A stretch of DNA of 63,661 nucleotides, counting the filler, from Kipferlia bialata (Eukaryota), in the NCBI GenBank assembly GCA_003568945.1. It is 3 parts of 3 records of this genome, joined end to end, with 100 filler letters (N's around TTAATTAATTAA, not from the genome) between each part and the next. Parts side by side here need not be neighbours in the genome. Positions count along the whole stretch, not along the records: positions 1 to 24,932 come from BDIP01000216.1; 2 more parts are not named here. The stretch is one strand, 5' to 3'. Below, piece by piece: positions 1-15,400 of the stretch. The notes below the pieces were generated by a model. It had not been told where the DNA came from and searched no databases. It worked only from the letters and a program-made list of their open reading frames with translations. The position numbers and the translations under genes were made by a program. Each line of letters begins with the position of its first letter. Position 1 is the stretch's first letter.

Positions 1-19
1 GGGGGGGGGGGGGGGGGGG

Positions 20-57
<38 letters not shown>

Positions 58-403
58 CCTGTGTCATTGGTGGTGCTCTCTCCATTGCCCCCGATGCCAT
101 CCGTCTCTGTCTCTTTGGTCTTGACATGGGTGTAGAGACAGAGGCAGAGGCAGACGGAGAGGGAGACACCACCCCTCTGCTCACCCTGGTCACTCTCTTC
201 CCCTTCTTCTGTGGTGTGCTCTTACCCATCAGAACCTGCAACATTAGCTATATGCACTGATGTGTATTAGTATATGTATAAGGTACCTCCAGTATCTCTA
301 TGCCCTCATCGTCTGATATGTCCACCACTTCGCCCATCTCTCCCTCTCCGTCCCTCCTAGGTCTCCGACGGACACTCCCCCGGCCTCTTACACCCTTGGC
401 CAT
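58..403 (-). CDS. 5' part of an unknown multi-exon gene (low-complexity, basic/acidic N-terminus), cut by the contig edge
   Basis: ATG at 403 reads MAKGVRGRGSVRRRPRRDGEGEMGEVVDISDDEGIEILE up to a GT donor. An in-phase acceptor near 235 continues VLMGKSTPQKKGKRVTRVSRG... to a donor near 57. No family recognised. Confidence 0.5.
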
Positions 404-811
404 TCACTCACAGAGACAGAGAGTGGAACGGAGAGTGGTACAGCTACTAGGGCTCTAGAGTGCTCGGAGTGCACAGGCTCTCCCCCCACCTGCACCTAAC
501 GCTCCAACCAACACTTAAGCTCAACCCTAACCTGGATAGAGGAGCTTAAGGGGGTGTCAGGTACCCTCTGGCCCTCAAGTTGAAGAGGGTGCTATGAGTG
601 TGTAGAAAAGGAGGAGCACTGTTTTTGTCTCCTACACCCTTTGCTGGTTCCAAAACAAGTCTTGATGGCCACTGGTCTGTCTAACAACAAGAGGTAAAAG
701 ACTGTCCTATGTCCTCATGTATTTGTTCTTCAGTGACGTATTGGGATCATTTGGTCTTTATGACTTACATGATAAGATTTTGTTGTGTATCAATCCTTCT
801 AACCAATAGAA

Positions 812-2370
812 ATGAAGCTTGCTCTTGCTGCTGTGCTCCTTGCTGTGCTCGTGGTCATTGAGGCCAGGGCCACCCACGGATTCGACCTCTCCTACTACCA
901 GGTACCCATTACCACCCATAACATTGCTTTAGTTGGCTTCTTGGCGTGTGTAGACCAGTTTGACAAATCCTGACCCTGACTCTCGTGTCGTGATTGAGGA
1001 CTGTATGTTAGCACTACTGACCTCAGGGAGACGTCTCCCAGTCCTCCTTCGACTGTCTGAAGAACGACGGCATGCAGTTCGCCATCTTCCAGGTATGAGT
1101 CAATCCCGCCCCATTTGTTACCTTTCCGCAGTGTTTGATGTAAACTTGATGTATGTCCTCTGCTTACGGCCCTTACTCCCACTTACCTCTAGGCCCAGAG
1201 GTCCAACGGAAAGTACAACTCCTACCTGAAGCACCAGTACGACCGCTCCGTCGCTGCCGGCATCAAGTGTACGTGTATGATTCATACTTCTGAGTCTACT
1301 ATCGTATTTCATTCTAAGCCAAATGCTGTCTTCTGACTCCAGACAACGACCACTACGTGTTCCCCGACACCAACAAGGACGCCAAGGTGATTTGGTCTGT
1401 CTGTATCCCTCTCCCTCTCTCTCTCTCTCTCTAATATTATATGTATCCCACTAACTTCAGTCCCAGATCAAGTCCACCATCGCCTCCATGAAGGCTGACG
1501 GTGTGCTCTCCAAGAACATGATCTGGGTGGATATCGAGAACACCGGTATGTATTACAGGGAGTATGAGTTATATGATGTCTGTTCCATTAATGTCTCTGT
1601 ATATCTCACCCCCAGACTACTGGTACAGCTCCCACTCCCAGAACATCCAGTTCCTCAAGGACTTCATCACTGAGGTATATCTTAGTATATACCATATGTT
1701 TAGACTGTGTACCTGGGCTCATTATTGTCTCTAGTCTCCATTTCATTCAGGTCAAGTCTTTGTTTTTGTGTGCCTCTCTCTATATATATGGACTATATCT
1801 AATCAGCTAGGCCAAGTCCCAGTACAGCTACTGCGGCACACTCTCTATATTATATAATAATGTCTTTGTATATATATATATATATATATTTATGGACTAT
1901 ATCTAATGTATCAGGCCAAGTCCCAGTGGAGCGTGTCTCTATATATATATATATGTATGAACTGTACTCTGTATCTTATGTATCAGGCCAAGTCCCAGTG
2001 GAGTGGCTGCGGCACACTCTCTATAATGTATTATAATGTCTTACTTAATTATATAGTTATGTATATGGACTATATCTAATCCCCCAGGCCAAGTCCCAGT
2101 GGAGCGGCTGCGGCACAGTCTCTATATTAGTGTCATTATATATACACATATATATATGTAAGGACTATATCTAATCACCTAGGCCAAGTCCCAGTGGAGT
2201 GGCTGCGGCAACAGGCACGGCTGCATCGGCATCTACACCTCCTCCTCCCAGTGGAGCGCCATCACCGGAGGCACCACCGTACGTAGAAGTCCCTCTCTCT
2301 CTCTCTTTCTTTCTCTCTCCTTTTCCCTCTCTCCTCCTCACCCCCAGGACTCCTTCTTCGCCAGACAATG

Positions 2371-2410
<40 letters not shown>

Positions 2411-2848
2411 AGTATATCACCCCTCACCCCCAGGACTCCTTCTTCGCCAACCTGCAGCTCTGGTACTGCCACTACGACAACAACGCCTCCTTCAGCGACT
2501 TCAAGGTACAGTGTTCATATCCACACATATATTTACATGTGTATATTAGTAGCAATGCTTCTGATGTTCCTCCCTAACTCTCTAGGCCTTCGGCCCCTGG
2601 TCCAAGTCCTAATTATATGGTGTTATATATGTGTATAATTCTTCCTCACCCTAGGCCTTCGGCCCCTGGTCCAAGCCCGCCATGAAGCAGTATACTACAC
2701 AGTTCATATATATGTGTACACTATATATTGATCAGATTATTGAATTGCTTACTTCTAGGCCTTCGGCCCCTGGTCCAAGCCCGCCATGAAGCAGTACACC
2801 GGCACCACCTCCAAGTGCAGCACCCAGATCGACAACGACTGCTACTAA
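812..2848 (+). CDS. Secreted glycoside hydrolase family 25 lysozyme (protist/nematode Lys1-like type), 9 exons
   Basis: Spliced product: MKLALAAVLLAVLVVIEARATHGFDLSYYQ|GDVSQSSFDCLKNDGMQFAIFQ|AQRSNGKYN...|...NMIWVDIENTD...|AKSQWSGCGNRHGCIGIYTSSSQWSAITGGTT|DSFFANLQLWYCHYDNNASFSDFK|AFGPWSKPAMKQYTGTTSKCSTQIDNDCY*. It has a signal peptide and the GH25 motifs G-D-S, WxDxE, GIYT, LWYxHY and FGxWxxPxxKQY. All junctions are GT-AG and in phase. Confidence 0.92.
1745..2210 (+). repeat. Tandem partial copies of the branch point + acceptor + exon start (GCCAAGTCCCAGT...) inside a lysozyme intron
   Basis: AG|GCCAAGTCCCAG occurs at 1811, 1915, 1987, 2088 and at the real exon at 2183. Most copies are preceded by GGACTATATCTAAT and separated by (TA)n. 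Confidence 0.9.
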
Positions 2849-3266
2849 GCACTGGTATATACACTTGCTGAGTTGTATATTAAGACTCTAGAGCAGCTAG
2901 TAGTTGGTCTCTGGATGACTTAGTTATGACTTGGTGATGAGATATTGAATGGTATTGAATTGATATATGTGGATACATGGCTTAGCGTTGGCTCAGTTTG
3001 CCTGAGCATGGAGCTACCTGTAGAATCATAAATTGTGTGTTGTGTCAATGGTGTGTCTGACAGCTATGACTAGGTAATATTACATCTGCAGAAGTCTTGA
3101 AGTCCCATCATAATCTGCAGCACTGGTTCAGTAAATAAACTGGATGCACGTTTCGACTATGCGACCGGGACCCTTTTGTGTTTTTGTCAATCTCGATGTG
3201 CAGTTTGAACCATCTGATGGTCCGTGTTACGTTATCTGCCTCTCTCTCTCTAGGGAGAGCTGAGAT

Positions 3267-5498
3267 ATGCGTACCTTGGCCCCCCTGGGACCCCTAGCGC
3301 TAGTGCTAGTAGCCATATGTGTATTGGCGGTATTGCTCCCTGCGGTTGATGCAAGGGGAGTGAGCTTCAAGCATGCCAAGCATGCCAAGTCTAAGAGTGT
3401 GGGCACAACAGGTATTGTGACCCAGACCAAAGAGGCCCCCACCCTGGCTGAGGGAGAGAGTGGCATTGTGTGGGAGGCTGTCCCAGAGAATGGAGCCCCA
3501 CCCGCAAGGTATCATGGCACTATACACACTGTATTATATATATAGTACATGTTGTATAAAATATGTATGCATATGTGTGTAGCGGGGGAAGCAGTGCCGC
3601 AGAGGGGGTAACCACGGCGCAGCCAATATCCTGGTTATGATTATATGTGGCGCATGTTATATGATCTCATATATATTTTTGTACATGTATATGATTTACA
3701 ATTGGTCAGCATGTAGTGTTGTAGTTGAAGTCTCACTCACTCTGTGGATCCAAGCTATGTATGGTTTGTTTCTTGCTATACTATCTTATCCCCCCCCCCC
3801 CTCCCCCCTAGTTTCCTTATATCCCCCTTGCTCATAGTTGCTGCTATTGGTATTCTCTCTCTTTCTCTCTCTCCCTCCCCACCACTCTCTCTCCATCAAC
3901 CCCCCCTTCACACGTCCATAATAGCTCTATATCCGTGGATCTCAGATCATCTCATTCTCTCTCCCCCATTCCATGTGTCCCCATTCTGACCCCCATAATC
4001 TGTCTATGATAGCGTATATGCTATACCTTCGGGCAGTGCTTGCATACCTGATGATGTGTATCTGGTATCTATTTATGATTCTGCGTGCCTCAGTATCCGT
4101 ATCTTTAATCATCTTCCATGACTTCCCTTTTCTGATCTCCAGGCGCTTAACCAACGTACAGTCATGTATATTAGTATTGTATTCCTCTCTCTGTGTATAT
4201 CCCTATATCCCTCTAGACTATCTATTCTGACCTCCATGCGCTTTGCCAACGTTCTATCATATATACTATTATTGTCTCCTCTCTCTCTTTTTATTTCATT
4301 ATATATCCCCCTAGACCATCTATTCTGACCCCCAGGCGCTATGCCAATGCCCTGCTCAAGGATGACGTGAGGGAGAGGTAGGACATGCATATATGTGTAT
4401 AGTGTACAATAGTTCTCACATTAAGTAATTCACTTAGATATGTATATATACTATGCCAATGCTCTGCTCAAGGATGACGTGAGGGAGAGGTAGGACATGC
4501 ATATATGTGTATAGTATACAATAGTTATCACATTTAGTGATTCACTGAGATATGTATGTGTACTATATGCCAATGCTCTGCTCAAGGATGACGTGAGGGA
4601 GAGGATACACACACACTCACACACACATACACACATACAATCATCTGCGTTTTCTGGGATAAGAAAGACACTTCCCTATATTGGTAATTAGTGGTAGTAG
4701 TTATGTATTCAGATGTATTTTGGGTTTCGGTTCCTCTCCCTCATTACTAAGTATAGGCTGATTGTCCTTGGTAGTACTGACAACATCAACTGTCTCTCTC
4801 TCTCTCTCTCTCTCTCTTCCCATCTGACTGTTTCTCATTCTCTCTACCCCCTTACAATAGGCTAATTGTCTTTGGTGGCACCGATACCATCAACTTCTAC
4901 TCTGACCTGTGGTTCTTCGACATACCCACCCAGATATGGCAGAAGGCTGCTGTTCTAGGTATATAGTTAATATTATAGTATAGTTAGAGTATAGTATAGT
5001 ATAGTTAGATCTGCAAGATGGTATATGAATTCATATTATGGTATATGTATGTAAATATGTTTTTCTTCGACATACCCACCCAGATCTGGCAGAAGGCTGC
5101 TGTGCTAGGTATATATATGTATCTATCTATCTATCTATATATATATATATGAGGAGAGAGAGAGAGACAGGGAGAGAGTACCCACCCAGATATGGCACAA
5201 TGCTGCCGTGCTTGGTATATATATATATATATATGTCTAAATTGATTCCATGGCAATTATATGGAGAGAAGTAGAGAGAGTGTGCCCACCCAGATAGGGG
5301 AGAAGGCAGTTGTGGTAGGTAGTATATATATATATATATGGATAGAGAGAGGGGGAGAGAGTACCTACCCAGATATGGCACAAGTGTACCCACCCAGATA
5401 GGGAAGAAGGCAGCTGTGGTAGGTGTTTTCAAGACTAGTGATAAGTGCTCTATGTACATATGTGCTGTACCCCCAGGCCGTGCTGCCCCAGTGGCATA

Positions 5499-5543
<45 letters not shown>

Positions 5544-6176
5544 CTAAACCTAGGCGCTGAGCCCCCGGGCCGTGCTGCCCCTGTAGCATTCCTAGACGGG
5601 GACAACATCTACGTTGGATTTGGGTTTCAGGTATATTCTTGTTAGATGATATGCGTATCCAACTTACGCACATAAGACGCACGTTTCAACTTTGATTCTA
5701 TTTGTCATTACATGTGTACACCTGACCTTCAGGACGATACCTTCTACTCCGACATGTGGATGATCAACCAGTATACATTATCTCTCTCTCTGTATATATT
5801 ATATATACATATTCATATATATATAATGTATAATATATTTAACCTAGTACCTTACTCCCAAGGATGACACCTTCTACTCCGATATGTGGATGCTCAACCA
5901 GGAGGAGATGATCTGGAACGAGGTCACCACAGACGTCTCACAACGTACGTCTACTATATACTTGACATTATTTCATTGTGTCGCTTGGTATTATTCTTAT
6001 ACATATATATAATACATAATGGATACCATAGTGTCTGTGGTCTGGAACGAGGTCACCACAGACGTCTCACAACAACGTACGTATCAGTTTCGTGATCTGT
6101 CACTCCGGCTCTCTCTCTACAACGTCTTATCTGACTGGTTGCAACGTGTTTTATGCCCAGTGTAGCTATTTATCTG

Positions 6177-6225
<49 letters not shown>

Positions 6226-6288
6226 CTAACACTAGGCTCCAATGTCTTCTATGCCCCTGTGGAGCACCCTGAGACACCTTTCTCTCTT

Positions 6289-6319
<31 letters not shown>

Positions 6320-7072
6320 CTCTTATTAACACCAGGCTCCAATGTCTTCTATGCCCCTGTTGAGCACCCCGACTGGGGCAACTGTCTGCTGATGTTTGGT
6401 GGGATGGTGGGGGACAGCGTGCTCAGAGGTATAGGACACACACACTCACACACGTCGCGTGTCTACCTCTGTTTCCTCTCTCTCTCTCTCTCTCTCTATC
6501 TGCCCCCTAACCCCAGACACCTACCTTTTTGTCCCATCTTCTCTCCCTCTCTCTCACTCTATCCTTATTCCAGACACCTACCTCTTCGAGCCATCCTCTG
6601 ACGGTGGTACCTTCCACTCCATAGACACCACAGAGGCCACAACACCACCCGCATGCAGTAACGGATGTGCAGTTAGCACAGGTATTGTATTGACTTGTTT
6701 GATGTATATTGCTTCAACCCTCACACGAGCTCTTGGCCTTATATGTAGGTATTGGATTATGATTTGAAAACTAACTATGAGGCAACACCGTGTACATGCA
6801 CGGTGGGTATGGTGGTCTGACTAACGAGGGGGAGGAGCTTGTGAACATTGAGACATTCAGGTTCAGGATAGAAGAGAATGGGGACATGGTGAGTATAGTA
6901 TGTATATATATATCCCCCCGATGTGAGTGTATTATAGTGTCCTGCAAATATAGTACTATATTTAGTATAATACTTACATTATGTACACTATATACCACTA
7001 ATTCTGGAACTGGACCTGTGTGGTCCACCCCCTATGTGAATGTATATATACTTCTAATCTAATGTTCTAATC

Positions 7073-7110
<38 letters not shown>

Positions 7111-7559
7111 ACTCATACTAGGACTGGACCTGTGTGTGGTCCACCCCCGATGTGAATGTATATACTCCCATATTATGCATAGTTATGCATAGTACATAAT
7201 AATATATATTTATCTCATTCTAGGACTGGACCTGTGTGTGGTCTGTCCCCGAGGACACCACTGGGGTACAGGTGCCACCTGGGGTGACAGGTACATATAT
7301 ATACAGTAGTATATATGTATGTATATCTATTTATATAGTGTTTACATGTATATATTTATGTATATCTATTTATATAGTGTTTACATGTATGGGTATATAG
7401 TTCACTGTGGTGCAGGTGCCACCTGGGTTTACAGGTGTGTATACATGAGAGTATACCATATATATCATTCTTAAGGATAGACCTTCTATCATTGTGTATC
7501 CTATCAATACATATTGACTCCAGACAAGTGCTGCTACCTGGACGTGACAATGTGTACAC

Positions 7560-7596
<37 letters not shown>

Positions 7597-9422
7597 CATC
7601 CTTCCTTACCATGTATCTCATCCCAGATCAGTGCTGATATATAAATGTGTATTGTACTATTATATATAAGTACATATCATATATAAGATATACATATGTA
7701 TAATAAGCCTCCCTTCTCACCCCAGACCAGTGCTGCTACCTGGACGAGGCAGGAGAGAACCTGCAAGTAGTCTTTGGCTGGCTCTCTTGGTCCGATGCCG
7801 ACTGGATGACTGACCTGTACTCTTTGTATCTGGATCCAACAGGTGTGTGTAGATAATAGTATATACCCATATGTATATATCCCATATGTATATCTAGAAA
7901 TTTTTTCGTGTAAGTGTATATGATTAAGTAGTAGTTTGTATGGTAGGTCAAGTATTGAATCACTGTAGTATAGTATTTCATTATAGTTGTTGATATATAT
8001 AGTTTGTGAATGGTCTCACACTACACTCTGACCCTGCCTCTGTCGTGTGGACCAAGACTTCTGGATGTGAATATTTATATATATATGTATTTTTGTATAT
8101 TTACATTTTCCGTCTCTCTTTCTTGTCCTATATATATATGAATGCATATATAGACTAACTGCAGACTCTGCCCCTGCCTCTGTGGTCTGGACCATGCAGG
8201 ATGCATTCATATATTGTAATATAGCTTATCTTAGTTTCTCTCTTTATATGGATAGATACTTCAGTACTGACTCTAGACTCTGCCCCTGCCTCTGTGGTAT
8301 GGACCAAGCAGGATACTTACACATCGACATGTTTTCATAGTCTCACTCTTGTATCTATGTATTTATATGCATACTAACTGTAGACTCTGCCCCTGCCTCT
8401 GTGGTGTGGACCAAGCAGGATGCAGGATGCAATATATGAAGTATAGTAATGCCTCTGTATTTGTATGCATACTCACTACAGATTCTAGCCCCTCCTCTGT
8501 GGTGTGGACCAAGCAGGATGCAGTTTTAGATAGACATTACTCTCTTTGTCTCTCAATGTCACTGTAGACTCTAACCCCTCCTCTGTGGTATGGACCAAGC
8601 AGGATGCAGACTTAGATAACGAGGACTCGGACGATGTGGTGTATGCAAGGTATAATATAATATTCCCATTTTGTCTCTTGATACATATCATCTAATGTAG
8701 TGTTCTCTCTAACCGATAGAGACTCTGTCCACATGATCACAGACCAGGGACACATATATATATCCATATCTCTCTTTATGCTATATACGTACATACATAT
8801 ATGTATGTATAAGTATGTATATACACTTACCCTCAGAGACTCTGCCCTCATGATCACAGACCAGGGGCGCGGCATAGTCTTTGGAGGTATCTATCTATAT
8901 ATATCTACATATATATATATATATATATATATTCATATTTATATTGTTCATATTTATATATATATATATATAAATATATATATACATCACCATCACAGAC
9001 CATGGGCGCGGCATAGTCTTTGGAGGTATCTATGGTCAATAAATAAGTATATTCATAAACGTATGTATATAAATGTTGTGTTTATGTGTATTTGTATACA
9101 ATGCCTCACTATCATACCAAGGACACAGAATAGTGTACGGAGGTATCAGTGGCATATGTATATATGTGTAAATTAATACATTTTCAGTGAGGGATATACT
9201 ATGTTATCGAGCCTGTTAGTATTATACTGTATGTACGTATGTATAACTATTTACACTCAGGCTGGGGTGAGGAGATTGACAACGACCTGCTCTACGTGTC
9301 TGCCCATGACCCATCCACACCTGGTGCCATAGCGGTGGATGAGATACACAGTGCATACGATGGGGTGCCAGGTATATTAGTGTACATGTATGTAATTTCA
9401 TGATTGTCTCTGTGGCTCATGC

Positions 9423-9463
<41 letters not shown>

Positions 9464-12400
9464 AATATATATATACATATATATCCTCCCTCTATTCTAA
9501 CCTCCAGCCCTTGTCTCTGTGGCCCATGCAACTAGTGGTGACTCCATATACGGGTTCGGAGGACAGACAGACGTGAGTACCTTGTTAATGTCCCGTTGGA
9601 AGTGTATATAGTGCATTGATTTGTATTTCAGAATTATATACAGTTAATTACTTACACACTAGTACAATGACGCCCTCAACACCTTCTTTGGATTCAACAC
9701 ATATATATATGTAGCACTATATGATATGTGTATAAGTATATACAATATTACAATACCCACACTTAACCATCCAGTATAACGATGCCCTCAACACCTTCTT
9801 CGGGTTCAACACAACGTCAAGCACGTGGTTCACACCATCGGCATCAGGTATCAGTATGGATAGTTTCTGTTTGTAGTGATCCTCTGTATATTTTTGTGCA
9901 GATATTTACAGGATTATGTGTTGTATATCATATATGTCGCTGATGTTAGGTGATCTTCCCCCCCTCTATGATGCCATGATGGAGTCCTGTATAATTGTAT
10001 TAGATCTAATATACTGTATGGATATATACACTAGTATATGCACATATACTTATTCTATTCCCCTTATCACAGGTGATCTGCCCCCCTCTAGATATGATGC
10101 CATGATGGAGTCATTTGGACCTGTGCTAGTGCTGTTTGGAGGCCAGGACGCAACAGGTACTGAGTGTAATACAATGTAGTATCCTATGTAGTTTAGTATA
10201 TACTCTGAACAATGAAATATTAATAACAGTGAGTCGTGTAAACTATTCACATATACATATATATAACTAATCCTCAGGTGGATTCCTCGATGACATGTAT
10301 GTGTACCACACATCGACAACACTCATGAAGCTGCTGGTGAGTGTATGTATATACATATTGTATTCCACATATACTCTTCACGAAAATGCTGTTGATTCCA
10401 TATGTGCTATTATCAGCTCTCATGCACTGATGGACGTCTCATGTATACTATCACTCATGCTCAGGAGACCGCCGGCACCCCTCCCTCTGCCAGGACATTC
10501 CTCATATGACCTCTATATACTATATACATTGCATTATATATATGTATTATGTATACTATATTATATATTATATCCCTATATATTCTCTCATATCCAGGAG
10601 ACCACCGGCACCCCTCCCTCTGCCAGGAGCTCAGCTGCCACAACCACAGTGGGTATGTACAGTGTAAACATATAGTACACCATATATATATATAGTATAC
10701 AGTGAATAGTAATATTCGCATATGTATATAGAGAGCCAGGAGTTTTTTTCAGCTGCCACAACAACAGTGGGTGAGTGCATTATATATATATTGTATACAG
10801 TGAATAGTAATATTCGCATATGTATATATATATAGCCAGGAGTTCAGCTGCCACAACAACAGTGGGTATGTATATGGAACATGTAGTATACAGTATATAT
10901 GTATATGCATTTATAGTATCTCTATGTCGTATATTTCTAGGGGCTCAGTTGCCACAACAACAGTGGGTATGTATTCATTGATATATAGACGTCGAATTAC
11001 TCTCTCTCTCTCTCTCTCTCAAACCCCAGGCGAGACCCTCTTCCTCCACGGTGGCCTGACCTCTGCCGGGGTGGATGGGGACCTATTCATGATCAACTAC
11101 ATTGATAAGGTATAGTGTGTATTCTCAATGTACTATGAATATATAAAGTGTTCTATAACTATATGATGGGAGGATGGAGACCTCTTCATGATCAACTACG
11201 AGTGCATTGATAGAGAAAGGAAGTATTACTCTTGATTTGTATGGAATGCATACATATTTGCAATACACTGATCCTAGATCTGGACCCCCCTGACCTCCCT
11301 TGAGACTGAAGGGTGCTCTCCCGTACTACGAACATCCCACAACATGGTGTTCATGCCAGATCCCAACAGTGATCCCGAGGAGACAAGTGAGTTACTATTG
11401 CAATGTCGCCGTCTCTCTCTCTTTCTATCTCCCCACGTCTCGTCATATCTCTCTATTCTCACATTCAGGCACATACTCTCTGTCTGATGGTGATCCATAT
11501 GTCCTCTCTCTCTCTCCCTTTGGATATGTGTGTTTGTATGTATGTATACATCACTCTCTTACCTTCAGGTACCTACTCGCTGTCTATATCAAGACAAGTG
11601 AGTAAGTATTCTCAAATACCGTTCTCTCTCTATGTATATACTAGTTACATATTAGATACATCAAACTCACATTCAGGTACCTACTCCCTGTCTGATGTAG
11701 ATGTGTACAAACAATCCCATTCTCTCTCTCGCTATTTATATGTATATCATTCTAATCTCTAGGCACCTACTCCCTGTCTGATGGTGATCTCTATGTCCTG
11801 TCTGGCCTGGACGAGAGTATGTGGCCGGTGGTGAGTGTATATATTAATATATACTAGTGTATATATTTATATATACATAGTATATGTTATTATAGTGCCT
11901 ATATTGTAGAAATATGAAATCTCTGTGGCAACGTGGATAAGAGGGTATATACATACATACTTCTCACCCGAGAACAGGAATGCATCTTCAATGCCGGTAT
12001 CAGACACACACAACAACACTCATATACATGCATGTACATGTAGCTGTGTAGGAAAGTGCATGTGTAAATCTAACCCCAGAATGGTATCTTCAAGGCAGTG
12101 ATCGACCTGGATGCAGAGACTGTGTGCTGGCAGGTAATGATGATATAGTGCAATTACTTAAGCGTGTGATTAGTATGGTATTTAGACTTACCATCAGACC
12201 TAGGACGACCCCGATGACTACTCTCTCTCTCTATACATACATTTACTGATGGTGCAAATACTATTCATTAGTGCTATATAGAATAGTCTGACACCTAGCA
12301 CGTTCAATATATTTATATATATATATATATATATATTACTATATGATTATATTCTGACACCTAGCACGTGGACGACCCCGATGACGTTGCCCCAGCATAT

Positions 12401-15400
12401 GCAGCTGCACCCGCCGCAGTGATAGGTATAGATATTATATATACATATTTAACATATCTGCCGCAGAATAGGTGGGTTTACAGTGCTCAATATAGTAGTA
12501 GGACATAGAGATAGTGTAAATCTCTCTCTGTCTCTCTGGTCCTCTCTATCTCCACCTCTCTCTGACTCTCTCCCCCTCTCACCTAGGCTCTAGGGTCCTG
12601 TCCACTGGCGGGTCAGGCACAGAGATGAGATCAGAGCCCGGTACGTGACCAAGTGTACGCGATATGTATATATATATTGACACATAAAGAAGGTTACCAA
12701 CATCGCCTGTGGCCTCTATATATATGTTTCATACAAATGTCGTCTGTTGTTAACTTCAGGTATCATTAAGGTTGCCGACTTTGCCCCTGGCCCTGACACC
12801 CCATCTCTGACTGAACTGGCACTGGAGGGAGATACAATGGAGAGGAACAGAATGTCATACATGACGGTATGTAGTGGCAAATACACACACACATATATAT
12901 ACATAGAGAGAGAGAGAGAGATTGTCTGATGAACTGGCACTGGAGAGGAGGTCATACATGACGGTATGTTCTGATGCACTGACTATATTCTATTGTCTAA
13001 GTGATGTTAGTAGATGCATTTTGTACTTATACTCACCCCCAGGGCATGGCCGGCACCTACTATTAACCTATCCTCTGTCCAATATCAGTACATAGTGTAT
13101 ATAAACATGTATCACTCTATACCCTCACCCCCAGGGCATGGCTGGTACCCAATTGATCACCCTGGGTGGGTATCTGGTCAACACAGCAACATCGCCACAG
13201 GTACATATTTATAGATACATACACACACACATATATATAGATGGATAGATAGATGGATACATAGATGGATATGGATATATGGGTATCTGGTCAACACAGC
13301 CACAGGTACCGTGATATAGATTGATATATATGAATATATATAGTGGTATATCTGGTGAACACACCAAAATCGCCACAGGTATATATATGTAGGTACATAA
13401 GGAGTAACAGTTACACTCTTGTCCTCCATCTTACCTTAGGGCAAGAAGGTGCCCTCTGTGTGGGTGACTGACCTATCCCCCATATGTACAGGGGATGGGT
13501 CAGATGACGAGGGGTGCTACCCTTGTACAAAGTGAGTGCACAATATATATATGTGTGTATATATATGTGTGAATATATATAGTGTATAATACACCTGGTC
13601 CCATATGCACAGGGGATGGGTCAGATGACGAGGGGTGCTACCCATGTACAAAGTGAGTATATTAGTATATATGGGTGTACATATATATGTNNNNNNNNNN
13701 NNNNNNNNNNNNNNNNNNNNNNNNNNNNNNNNNNNNNNNNNNNNNNNNNNNNNNNNNNNNNNNNNNNNNNNNNNNNNNNNTATGTACAGGGGATGTGTCA
13801 GATGACGAGGGATGCTACCCATGTACAAAGTGAGTGTATCTACAGGTGTAGTATATTGGTGTATTATTCATACTCCTAACCCCAGGGGTACTGTCTACTC
13901 CTCCGAGACTGGCCAGTGCGAGGCATGTGCAGCTGGGTCATACGCAGCACAGGTAATGTGTACATATATACATATATAGTTTATGTACGGAGTATATAGA
14001 TAGAGTATAATGTGTATGTGAATGTGAGGCATGTACAGCTGGGTCATACGCTGCTCAGGTATTATATAGATGTAGATATACACATAATGTACATATATAC
14101 AAATGGTATTAGTATATAGAAAGTGTATAGTATATATATGAATGTGAGGCATGTGCAGCTTGGGCCCACGCAGCACAGGTATACTATACTTAAATTTAAG
14201 CATAATTAGTGTATATGTATTTACCCTTTAGTGAAATATATTGCACTTCAGGACCTCGTCAAAAGTTCAATCATTGTAATTGATTGAGTTCTAACACATA
14301 CACTGATTGATTCTTGAGGCTAACACTTCAGGACGGCCTGTCTGAGTGCACTGCCTGTCCCATGGGTTTCTACAACCCATACACACACGCAGAGAGCAGG
14401 TGAGTGTAGATGAATATATACCTACATATATATAAATGTATATTCAATACTACCCATACACACACGCAGAGAGCAGGTACATTGATATTTACGATATATT
14501 GACATAGGCGTATTACGCAATGCAATAGCATACCATACACAAAAATATCTTGGGCAAGTGGGCGTATATATATATATCCCTCCGGACCCTCTGTTTTGCT
14601 TGCCCCTCTCTCTCTCTATACTCTCTATACTCTATACTCTTTACTATACACATCTTCAGAATTACTACCTATATATATTTGTAATACATATGGGATTATC
14701 CTACACATTAGTGACCTCAGGATCTTCTGCTTTGCCTGCCCCTCTGGTACCTACATGTATACATACATATATATATACCCATATATCACCCACATATTAC
14801 TAGTATATATATATCCCATTGTGTATAACTCCAGGATCTTCTGCTTTGCCTGTCCCTCTGGTACTTACAACGATGAGATAGGCCAGGCAGAGTGCAAGAC
14901 GTGTTGGGACGGTATGTGTACAAACATATATACACTATATATGCATTGATAGAAGAGTGGGATTATTGTATACATGAGCATGTATGAGATAGGCCTGGCA
15001 GAGTGCAAGGCGTGTTGGGGTGGTACGTATCGGTATATACATTCAGTATTTGTGTGGACACACACACATATATATATATATATAGAAGAGTATGATGGGA
15101 AATACATTATACTTCGGTTTATACTATATTAGCCTTACCCCAGGCTACACCTGCCCTGTTGCCAGCATCACCCCCTCTGAGTCTGACTCTGACACAGACA
15201 CAGTGGTGTCTGTAACACCTGAGCCTCTGGAGGTATATATAGTACATACCTACAAGTATATGTGTCGAATAGTGTATGTATATATACCCTCTGAGTCTGA
15301 CTCTGACACGGATACGGTGGTGTCTGTAACACCCCTTCCCCTAGAGGTATGCTATACATATATATGTATATATATATAGTACATATAGAGAGAGATATGT

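Noticed and set aside
495..535. CCTAAC/AACCCTAACC telomere-like words
   Set aside because: Only isolated single units in an intergenic region; there is no array.
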